Assembly: GCA_030431975.1 (NCBI GenBank) | Contig: JAUIHP010000008.1 | Span: forward strand, 44,318-108,317 | Length of the DNA: 64,000 nucleotides | Direction of reading: 5' to 3' | Source of the DNA: a bacterium | GTDB taxonomy: Bacteria > Eisenbacteria > RBG-16-71-46 > CAIMUX01 | The notes under the pieces: model-generated | What the model saw: only the letters and a program-made list of their open reading frames with translations | What the model was told of the DNA's origin: nothing | Databases searched by the model: none | Part shown: positions 21,931 to 29,458 of the stretch, one piece after another | Layout of the letters: each line of letters opens with the position of its first letter | Position numbering within the stretch: position 1 is the stretch's first letter | Program-made: the position numbers and the translations under genes

Positions 21931-22847
21931 TCCTCGATCTCCAGCATCGTGGCCAACACCACCGGAGGCGCCGAGTCGGCCGACTCGAACGCCACCACAG
22001 ATATAGGGAGCGCGACGGCCCCGGCGTCCCCAGCCAGAAAACGAAACGATCCGACGATCCCCGCTCCAGTCAGGGTCGGCCCGCCGCGAATCGACGAGAC
22101 GGCGACGGTCGTGACCTCCACACCTCCCATTGGAACATTCACCCCTCCAATTGGCACTTTCTCCCCTCCGATTGGCACTTCCTCCTCTCGGATTGGCACT
22201 TCCGCCTCCCGAGGCTCTGTCTGACAGAGGAAAAGCGTTTCCGCCCCGAAGAGGGATTCCGAGGTGCAGTCTTCGAGAGGCACCTCATGGACGAACTCGA
22301 TCACGACCCCGCTCAGTCCCGTCGTTCCTGTCACCCACAGGTTTAGTTCGAGTTCCTCTTCAGGCGACCAACGCGCACGCCGGGGTTCCCAACCGATGTA
22401 CGGCGATTTGGGAATGGACGTCGTGACGGACACGGAATCGGCATCGCTCTCATGGCCGGCCTGGTCGACAACCGTGAGGGCGTAAACGTAGTGGTGTCCG
22501 GGTGAGACCCACTCATCGGTCCAGGTCGTATCCGTTTGGACGAAGATCTCGTCCCAGAGAACGGTCTCCGCGGAGCCTTCTTCTGCGCGTGGCCGGCTGG
22601 ACGGCGGACCCGCGGAGTTCGACGGCGCGAAGCCTCCTCCGTGTTGGAGACTGCCGCGGCGGCTCCGGTAGACCCGGTAGCCGGCGAAGTCCGATTCCGG
22701 GGCGGGTTGCCAAGTGAGTTGTACGGAGAGTTCCGCGCCTGCGACGTCCAGTGCGGGACGAGACGGCGGGTCATCGGTCAGCGGCGGTTCACTCGACGAA
22801 GAGCAACCCGCGACAATGAGGAGGACGACAATGAAGACTCGATCCAT
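21927..22847 (-). CDS. lipoprotein with FN3 domain and C-terminal cohesin-like beta-sandwich (tentative)
   Basis: Trimmed to ATG 22847: MDRVFIVVLLIVAGC (lipobox). FN3 signature LTWQPAPESDFAGYRVYR...HYVYALTVVD. C-terminal LELNLWVTGTTGLSGVVIEFVHE...GAGIVGSFRFLAGDAGAVALPISVVAF resembles cohesin strands. Carries a 21-bp in-frame repeat (VPIGGEK, VPIGGVN, VPMGGVE). Confidence 0.75.
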   Translation of the reverse strand: MDRVFIVVLLIVAGCSSSSEPPLTDDPPSRPALDVAGAELSVQLTWQPAPESDFAGYRVYRSRRGSLQHGGGFAPSNSAGPPSSRPRAEEGSAETVLWDEIFVQTDTTWTDEWVSPGHHYVYALTVVDQAGHESDADSVSVTTSIPKSPYIGWEPRRARWSPEEELELNLWVTGTTGLSGVVIEFVHEVPLEDCTSESLFGAETLFLCQTEPREAEVPIREEEVPIGGEKVPIGGVNVPMGGVEVTTVAVSSIRGGPTLTGAGIVGSFRFLAGDAGAVALPISVVAFESADSAPPVVLATMLEIEE

Positions 22848-22856
22848 GGTGGGCAC

Positions 22857-23004
22857 GGGACCCGGGCCTCGAACTCCTGTTCGAGTGCCGGCAGGGACCG
22901 GGGCCAGGAACTCCTGTTCGAATGCCGGCGGGGACCGGGGCCTCGAACTCCTGTTCGAATGCCGGCAGGGACCGGGGCCTCGAACTCCTGTTCGAATGCC
23001 GGCG
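22857..23004 (-). repeat. intergenic tandem repeat, 37 bp x 4; each unit forms an AGGA-loop hairpin on the transcribed (minus) strand
   Basis: Units at 22857, 22894, 22931 and 22968. The minus strand reads TGCCGGCATTCGAAC-AGGA-GTTCGAGGCCCCGGTCCC. Stems are 7 bp perfect in unit 1, 6 bp plus one G-U pair in units 3 and 4, and 4 bp in unit 2. Confidence 0.95.
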
Positions 23005-23022
23005 CGCCACAAATGGCGCGCC
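23001..23022 (-). terminator. GC hairpin 15 nt after the FN3-gene stop (possible attenuator or terminator, no U tract)
   Basis: GGCGCGCCA-CAAA-TGGCGCGCC, a perfect 9-bp stem. Confidence 0.35.
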
Positions 23023-23037
23023 CTATGCATGCTTCTG

Positions 23038-25614
23038 CTACTGGTCGGCTTGGCCGCTCACGACGTTGGAATCTGTCGACAAGCGCTGCACCGAATCGAT
23101 GTCCTGATCGTACACCACCAGCTTGAAGAAGTAGACCGTGGAGTCCGAGTCCGCCACGAAGACGGTGTGGCCGGTCTGCTCCCTCTGATCGAATTGTGCC
23201 GCCTGGATGGGGAAGCTGCTGTCGCTGGTTCCCTGGAGCAGTCGGTACTCGTCGAAGTCGGCGTCGTCGTTCTGTGACCAGGCCAGGCTGATGCTGGTCG
23301 AAGTCGTCCCGGCGATCCGCAGTTCGACCGGGGTCGGCGCGCGGTTGGCCGTGATGAGCGAGCGCTCATTCGAACCGGTCGATCCGCCGGCGTCATCCTC
23401 GACGAAAACGCGGTAGTAGTACTGCGTGTTGTCGAGGAGTCCGGTGTCGGTGAAGGCGGTCACGTCCTGATCGAAGATCGAGCGGACGGCGGTCGACGCC
23501 GTGCTCACACCGGGTGAGGTGTCCCGGAAGACGCGGTACTGCTCGAAGTCGTGGACGTTGCTGCCGCTCCAACTGAGAGCCACCGACGGTGTCTGCGCTC
23601 CCCCGTCCTCACTCGGTGTGGACAGAGTGACGGCGGGTGGGTCGGCGTTCTGGGTACGAACGGAGAGTTCCGTACTTCCGGCTGTGTTACCTCCACGGTC
23701 GCGGACGAAGACCCGGTAGAAGTACTCGGTGTTTTCGACGAGACCGCGGTCGAGATAGCTTGTGGCGTCGGCGTCGGCGGCCGTCACGATGAGCGGAGAG
23801 TCCTCGGAGATTCCCGCGTCGGTGTCCCGCCGGACCTCATAGCGATCGAAGTCCAGATCCGTGTTCTCGGACCAGTTCAAAAGGACGCTTGTTTCACCCA
23901 CCGCGCCCGGATCGAAGAGGCTGACCGCCGTGGGCAGCCGGTCCGGCGTCGTAGCGCTAACCACGTTACTGGCCGACTCCGCGCCGAACTGATCGACGAC
24001 CAAAACGACATAGTAGTAGACACGGTTCTCTTCGATGTCCGCTCGATCGGTGAACGTGGTCGTCGTGATGTCGGTCAGGCGCGCGACCTGATTCCGGTCC
24101 GGATCGTTGAGAACGTCGCTGTCCAGGGCGCGAACGATGCGGTAGGCCGCAAAGTCCTCGGCGAAACTGCGGCTGAAGTTCAGTGTGATCGCTTCCTCGG
24201 AGACTTCTGTCGGCGGCTCAAGGACGATCGGATCCGGCGGCAGGTTGGCGCGGGGGCGGCCGCTGACTTCGTTGCTCGGAGTCCCGTTTCCGAAGGAGTC
24301 GCGAACCTCCACGACGTAGTAGTACGTCTTGTCCGGGTCGAGATTCTCGTCCGTGTAGCTGGTCTGGGCGCGGGAGAAGATCTCGGTGAGCAGACGCTTG
24401 TTGTCACTCTCGAAGACGCCGGGATCGTCGCCACGATAGACGCGGTAGTTGTTGAAACGGAGTGCGTCGGGCGCCTGATTCCAGCTGAGCGTGAGTTCTT
24501 GCGGGCTGGCGCTGGTCGGCGCGGCCAGAGTGACCGCTTCGGGCAGGACCGTTACGGTGAGCCGTCCGGCGGCGAGCCGCGGCGAAGCCGTATTCCCGGC
24601 CTGATCGGTGAAGAAGCCGGTGACGGTGTCTTCATAGAGCTGCAGGTCGTTCTCCACTTCGTAGTCGGCCGAATAGACGCCGTCGTCCGCGGTGGCGTCA
24701 CCGGAAGTGCCGTCGTCACGAAGGGTCACCTGCCGACCGTTCTCTCCGAGTTCGACGGTCGCGGTGCCGAACGCTTCATCTGCATCGAGTCGGATGCTCA
24801 GCGTCTGTCCGGGGACGACGTCTGTCGGCGAGAAGGTCACCGAAACGATCTCGGCCCGTGTGTCCAAATTGATTTGATCGGAGACGACGGGAGACGCGTT
24901 GCCTTCGGCGTCGAAGAATTGGGCGTAGACGGTCTTGTTGCCGTCACCGGGCGTGACGGTCCAATTCAGCACGGAGCTGAACGGACGGACGGCCTCTGAC
25001 TCCAGGTCGGCGTTGTTCGCGATCTTCATTCCCTGCGTTCCGCCTGGGGCTTGCGAGGTCAGTACGACTTGTCGGCTGTTCGTGCTTTCCTGTCCGTCCC
25101 CGAGGACGATTCCGAAGATGGCCGGAACGGCGGTGATGGCGTTGGACCGCGAGCCTTCCAGGCCGTTGCGAAGCACGGTCGAAACCTGGAAGCGGTAGGT
25201 CGTCCCGTTGTCGAGTCCGGTCATGCGGAGCGGCGGCGCGTCGGTCGAGTCGGCCCGCGTGGCAAAGGCGTCACCCGGTTCGAAACGGTAGATCCGGTAC
25301 TTCTCGATCTCGTCCACTTCGTCGAAGTTGCGAATGCTCCAGTTGAGGGTGACGGCGCGGCTTTCGACCGAGGCGCTGAGCTCCGTCGGAACCGGAGGCG
25401 TCAGTCCGCTGACGTCCGGGTCGGCGGGATTGCGCTCATCGGCGAGCGAGTGATCTTCAGAGCACCCCGAAGCCAGGATCAGTCCCAGACATGCGACCGC
25501 GAGAAACGTCCGGGCAGAGAGTGACCGCAGCTCTGCCGGCATCTGCAGTTCCAGCAGGTTCAAGGTACGGGCGGCGTGAGCCTTCAGTGACTTCATGATC
25601 GATGACATCTCCAC
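23038..25614 (-). CDS. cell-surface lipoprotein with about 6 FN3 domains and a central Ig-like region
   Basis: Lipobox LILASGC. Repeated FN3 signatures (LNWS..YRIYR, LSWNQ..YRVYR..YYYVVEV, LNWSE..YEVRR..YFYRVFV, LSWSG..YRVFR..YYYRVFV, LAWSQ..YRLLQ). GTG or ATG start near 25614-25608 with SD GGAAGG. Confidence 0.85.
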   Translation of the reverse strand: MEMSSIMKSLKAHAARTLNLLELQMPAELRSLSARTFLAVACLGLILASGCSEDHSLADERNPADPDVSGLTPPVPTELSASVESRAVTLNWSIRNFDEVDEIEKYRIYRFEPGDAFATRADSTDAPPLRMTGLDNGTTYRFQVSTVLRNGLEGSRSNAITAVPAIFGIVLGDGQESTNSRQVVLTSQAPGGTQGMKIANNADLESEAVRPFSSVLNWTVTPGDGNKTVYAQFFDAEGNASPVVSDQINLDTRAEIVSVTFSPTDVVPGQTLSIRLDADEAFGTATVELGENGRQVTLRDDGTSGDATADDGVYSADYEVENDLQLYEDTVTGFFTDQAGNTASPRLAAGRLTVTVLPEAVTLAAPTSASPQELTLSWNQAPDALRFNNYRVYRGDDPGVFESDNKRLLTEIFSRAQTSYTDENLDPDKTYYYVVEVRDSFGNGTPSNEVSGRPRANLPPDPIVLEPPTEVSEEAITLNFSRSFAEDFAAYRIVRALDSDVLNDPDRNQVARLTDITTTTFTDRADIEENRVYYYVVLVVDQFGAESASNVVSATTPDRLPTAVSLFDPGAVGETSVLLNWSENTDLDFDRYEVRRDTDAGISEDSPLIVTAADADATSYLDRGLVENTEYFYRVFVRDRGGNTAGSTELSVRTQNADPPAVTLSTPSEDGGAQTPSVALSWSGSNVHDFEQYRVFRDTSPGVSTASTAVRSIFDQDVTAFTDTGLLDNTQYYYRVFVEDDAGGSTGSNERSLITANRAPTPVELRIAGTTSTSISLAWSQNDDADFDEYRLLQGTSDSSFPIQAAQFDQREQTGHTVFVADSDSTVYFFKLVVYDQDIDSVQRLSTDSNVVSGQADQ

Positions 25615-25626
25615 TACCCCACCTTC

Positions 25627-26424
25627 CTAAAACTTCAGACGGAGACCGACGCGCGTCCGGTCTTCGTTCCAGTCGGCGGCCATTCCCAGATCGGTGCCCG
25701 GTTTCTCGGGCAGGGCTCCGCGATCCATGGGCGGCTGCGTTTGATACCCCTCGGGACCGTTGAAGAGTGCGTCGAGGAAAGCGATCCCATAGATTGCTGC
25801 GGCGCCGAGCATGGCCCGCTCGACGTTGTCGAAGGCGTCATTGGCTTCGCGGTCACGCTCTTCCAGCTCGGCCCGAAGCACAGGAATGGCATTGATACTT
25901 CGCGACTCCCGGTAGACTTCCGCGACGCGGTCGAAGTCGTCGACCTTGTCCTGATAGATCTCCCAGAAAACATAGACGCCGATAAGAGACAGGCCCTGCG
26001 CCACGGAGAACGCAGTGCCCCGCGAGGGCTTCTCGTTGTAACGCTGGCCCCACCCCGGCAGGAGAAGGCTGCGACCCGCCGCAGCAAACCGCGACTTCTT
26101 CCGCAGCTTGATGTGCAAATCCTGAACGCCACTGGGCCCCAGAACCATCTGTCGGGTCCACGGCGAGTAGCCGGGAGCCCAGGCCCGGACCAGGTACAAA
26201 CCATCCAGGGGACGGAAGACACTCCAGGGCGTCGTTCCCACGAATTCGTACTGACCTTTGACCTCCACGGTGACCCCAGGCGGGTCCGAGGTCACGGAAA
26301 GATACGGAAGCGAGGCTCCCTCCAGGAGGAGCGGGTCCTCCTGGGCCGCGGCGCTTCCCGCGACGGTCAGGGTCACGATCCCCAAAAGGATCCACAGTCT
26401 TCTCAGCATCCTTGCCTCCACCAT
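25627..26424 (-). CDS. PEGA-domain envelope protein
   Basis: Signal peptide, VTSDPPGVTVEVKG...VGTTPW (PEGA), LLLPGWGQRYN motif, C-terminus RVGLRLKF (OMP-like terminal Phe). Confidence 0.7.
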   Translation of the reverse strand: MVEARMLRRLWILLGIVTLTVAGSAAAQEDPLLLEGASLPYLSVTSDPPGVTVEVKGQYEFVGTTPWSVFRPLDGLYLVRAWAPGYSPWTRQMVLGPSGVQDLHIKLRKKSRFAAAGRSLLLPGWGQRYNEKPSRGTAFSVAQGLSLIGVYVFWEIYQDKVDDFDRVAEVYRESRSINAIPVLRAELEERDREANDAFDNVERAMLGAAAIYGIAFLDALFNGPEGYQTQPPMDRGALPEKPGTDLGMAADWNEDRTRVGLRLKF

Positions 26425-26569
26425 GCCACACCATTTCGTTCTTCAAGCCCGGCCAACGGAAACGACGCTCGACGACGGGGCCCCATCTGCCCCACGCCGA
26501 TGCCGGACCACCAGGCTCTCATCAGCTTGCCAGGCCAGGCCATTTTGCCGGGCCATCCCATTCCGTTAG

Positions 26570-27226
26570 CTAGGCCTTCTCGTTCCAGTAGTCCGCCTGG
26601 GCCTGTCCTTCGCCGCGGATCAACGTCCACGGTGTCAGCACGAAGACCTTGGCGTCGAGACCAAGCGAGACGCTGTCGACGTACTCGACATCGGCCCGAA
26701 TCCGAGCCGGCCAGTCGAGGCTCTTGCGTCCCCGAATCTGTGCCAAGCCGGTCACGCCCGGTTTGACCAGCAACCGCCTCTTCTGAAAATCATCGTATTG
26801 TTCGACCTGATACTCCAGCGTCGGCCGCGGACCAATCAGGCTCATCTCTCCCTTGAGGATGTTCAGGATCTGCGGCAGCTCGTCCAAACTCGTGGCGCGC
26901 AGCAGCTTCCCCATCCGCGTGACGCGCGGATCCCCGACTTCGACCAGGGCTCCGGCCCCCATCTTCGCGGCCCCGGGGACCATACTTCGGAACTTGTACA
27001 TCCGAAAGAGCTGCCCCATCTGACCGACCCGCTCCTGCACGAAGAAGGCCGGCCCCTTGGAGTCCAGCCGAACGAGGATGGCCAAGAGCAAGAAGAGCGG
27101 CCAGATCAGACACAGGACGAAGAACGCGAAAAGCCGGTCGAGCAGCGGCTTCAGGAACCGCGGATAGAACCCGGACGGAGGAAGCTGGCCCAGGCCGCCC
27201 GATTGCGCGGAGTGTTCCGTGCTCAT
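26570..27226 (-). CDS. small monotopic phosphoglycosyl transferase (bacterial sugar transferase, PglC/WbaP-C-like)
   Basis: [28 protein letters not shown] (re-entrant helix), [43 protein letters not shown]. Canonical motifs are intact. Confidence 0.92.
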   Translation of the reverse strand: MSTEHSAQSGGLGQLPPSGFYPRFLKPLLDRLFAFFVLCLIWPLFLLLAILVRLDSKGPAFFVQERVGQMGQLFRMYKFRSMVPGAAKMGAGALVEVGDPRVTRMGKLLRATSLDELPQILNILKGEMSLIGPRPTLEYQVEQYDDFQKRRLLVKPGVTGLAQIRGRKSLDWPARIRADVEYVDSVSLGLDAKVFVLTPWTLIRGEGQAQADYWNEKA

Positions 27227-27870
27227 GAGTCCCTCCGTTTGCGGTCGACGACACGGGCCGGGACCCCGAAGGCGGTGGCGCCTGCGTCCAAGTCTTCCAA
27301 AAGGACCGATCCGGGTCCCAGTTTCGATTCCGCCCCGAGTGTCTTTCCGGGTACGACGACCCCGCCCAACCCGATGAAGCTGGCTTCCTCCATCCGGACG
27401 AATCCGCCGAGATTGGCCCCGGGGCCGACGGTGGCAAACCCAGCCAGCTGATTGTCGTGTCCGACCGTGGCCCCCAAGTTAACGAGGGTGTGCGCGCCAA
27501 GACGGGTGGAAGCGGCAATGACGACCCCGGCGGCGATGACGGATCCGGGTCCCACTTCGACGTCGGAGTACAAAACCGCCTTGGGGTGCACTGCGGTGGC
27601 GTACTCCACGGAATGCGAAGCGAGGCGTTCCGCGATTCGTCGCCGCGGCTCCGGGTCTCCGACCCCAATGATGAAGTGGCAGTCGGTCCATTCCCCCGCC
27701 TGCTCGATGGTTCCAAGGACGGGCACGCCTGCAACTTCCGAACCGGCGCGTTCCGGAGAGTCATCGAGGAACCCGCGCACGTCGGTGCCGCCGATGGCTT
27801 CCCGTGCTCTCAGGATTTCCAGGACGCCCCGACCGTGGCCGCCGGCGCCGACGATGATGACGTCTTTCAC
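27223..27870 (-). CDS. NeuD/PglD-family sugar N-/O-acyltransferase (hexapeptide)
   Basis: Start at GTG 27870 (SD GGAAAGG 7 nt upstream): KDVIIVGAGGHGR, GFLDD, then hexapeptide repeats. GTGA overlap with the ACP stop and ATGA overlap with the PGT start. Confidence 0.85.
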   Translation of the reverse strand: MKDVIIVGAGGHGRGVLEILRAREAIGGTDVRGFLDDSPERAGSEVAGVPVLGTIEQAGEWTDCHFIIGVGDPEPRRRIAERLASHSVEYATAVHPKAVLYSDVEVGPGSVIAAGVVIAASTRLGAHTLVNLGATVGHDNQLAGFATVGPGANLGGFVRMEEASFIGLGGVVVPGKTLGAESKLGPGSVLLEDLDAGATAFGVPARVVDRKRRDS

Positions 27871-28121
27871 GACTTGGCCTTTCCTTCGACGAAACGGATG
27901 AGGCCACCGAGGCTGCCGAAGTTCTCTTCCCCGATTTCGTCGTCGCGAATCCGGATGTCGAAGCGGCCCTCGAGATCGCCGATGAGCTGGATCATCTTCA
28001 GCGAGCTGACGCCGAGGTCGCGAAGGTTCTCGGACGCGTCGCGGCTGGGATCGAGGTCGCGCGCACAAATCTCGGAAACGATCCGGGTCACTTCGTCCGC
28101 AGGGTGGTGGGTGCTGGTCAC
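27867..28121 (-). CDS. acyl carrier protein
   Basis: 84 aa from GTG 28121 (SD GAGGAAGGA 7 nt upstream). Phosphopantetheine-site motif DLGVSSLKMIQL. Hidden inside a longer spurious ORF (27867..28562) in the track. Confidence 0.8.
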   Translation of the reverse strand: MTSTHHPADEVTRIVSEICARDLDPSRDASENLRDLGVSSLKMIQLIGDLEGRFDIRIRDDEIGEENFGSLGGLIRFVEGKAKS

Positions 28122-28135
28122 GATGAAGTCCTTCC

Positions 28136-29458
28136 TCAGACGTGTTCTTTGGCCCGTTCCGGGGCGATCGGAGGCTCGACCGATTCCGAACCCGACTCCG
28201 ATGTTTCCTGGATCCCCGTATCTTTTCCCGTTAGTCCGCCGAAGACCCGAAGAAGAGTCTCCGCCTGCCGGGGCCGGTAATAGTGCTCGAGGACGAAGTC
28301 GCGGCCCTTGTTGCCTACCCTGTTTCTTTCTTCGGCGGACAGCGCCGCAACCTCGCGAAGCTTCTCGGCGAGTGCGGGACCGTTCTCGGCCGGCGTGCGC
28401 CAGCCTCCCTCGGAGACCTTGAGCATGCGGTCCATCTCTCCTTCCCCTGCGGCAACGACCACCGGTACACGGGCCGCCATGTAGTCGAAGATCTTGTTGG
28501 GAAGGGTCTGCCGGTTGTGCTCGTGTCCGCTGGCTGCAATGAGGGCAATGTCGGAGTGGCAAATCGCGGCGAAGGCGTCTTTTTTGGGTAGCGCGCCCAG
28601 AAAGTGCACGTTGTCGAGACCGTAGTCCCGAGCCTGGGCTTCCAGCCGCGGCCGGTCATCCCCGTCGCCGACAAAGACGAAGACGAAGCGAGGATCGTCT
28701 TTCAGTGCCCGCGCCCCTTCGACCAGGGTCGAAAGGTCGTTCCAGATCCCGTGAGCTCCGACATAGAGGCAAATGATCCTGTCCCCACGCCCTTCCCGGA
28801 ACCGCGCCAATGGGTTCTGGTCGGCGAAGGCGTCCGGATCCATCCAGTGGTCGACCCCGTTGCGGACGAGGTCCAGTTTGTCCTCGGGTACACCGTGACC
28901 CAAAATTCCTTCCTGAATGCCTTCCGTCACGGCGACCAGGTGGTCGGCCTTTCGGTAGAGGAACTGGGCAAGAGACTGCGTCCGCGAGACCCACTTGGGA
29001 TCCTTCATGACTCCCGCGGCGACGGCAGCTTCCGGCCACAGGTCCCGCAGCTCGAAGACGAAGGGCACCCGAAACCGTCGGGCCAGGACGTAGCCCGGGA
29101 CGCCGATGCTGAGCGGCGTGCTGGAGGCGAAAACGACATCCGGACGCTTGCGCACCGAACCGATGAGGGACGCGTGCGCGGCGTAGCTCCCGAAGAAGAG
29201 GAGCCGCTTCTTGAACGAGCCTTTGAAATGCCGGTAGACCCACAGACGATAGAGTTCGAATCCGTCCTCGTGCTTCCGCTTGGAATAGGTGCGGAAACGG
29301 TCGTTTTCCATGGCATCGCCGGTCTTGTAGTTGACGTTGCCGGTCAGGACGGTGACTTCGTGGCCGTGCTCGGCCCAGGCCCGCGCGAACTGATAGTGCC
29401 GGCTGGATCCCGCTTCGTCGGGGAAATTGAAGTACTGCGTGAGGTAAAGGATTCTCAT
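28136..29458 (-). CDS. GT4-family glycosyltransferase (WcaI/WbuB-like)
   Basis: MRILYLTQYFNFPDEAGSSRHYQFA N-terminus typical of WcaI-like GT4, and an E-x7-E region (EGEMDRMLKVSEGG). Confidence 0.85.
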   Translation of the reverse strand: MRILYLTQYFNFPDEAGSSRHYQFARAWAEHGHEVTVLTGNVNYKTGDAMENDRFRTYSKRKHEDGFELYRLWVYRHFKGSFKKRLLFFGSYAAHASLIGSVRKRPDVVFASSTPLSIGVPGYVLARRFRVPFVFELRDLWPEAAVAAGVMKDPKWVSRTQSLAQFLYRKADHLVAVTEGIQEGILGHGVPEDKLDLVRNGVDHWMDPDAFADQNPLARFREGRGDRIICLYVGAHGIWNDLSTLVEGARALKDDPRFVFVFVGDGDDRPRLEAQARDYGLDNVHFLGALPKKDAFAAICHSDIALIAASGHEHNRQTLPNKIFDYMAARVPVVVAAGEGEMDRMLKVSEGGWRTPAENGPALAEKLREVAALSAEERNRVGNKGRDFVLEHYYRPRQAETLLRVFGGLTGKDTGIQETSESGSESVEPPIAPERAKEHV

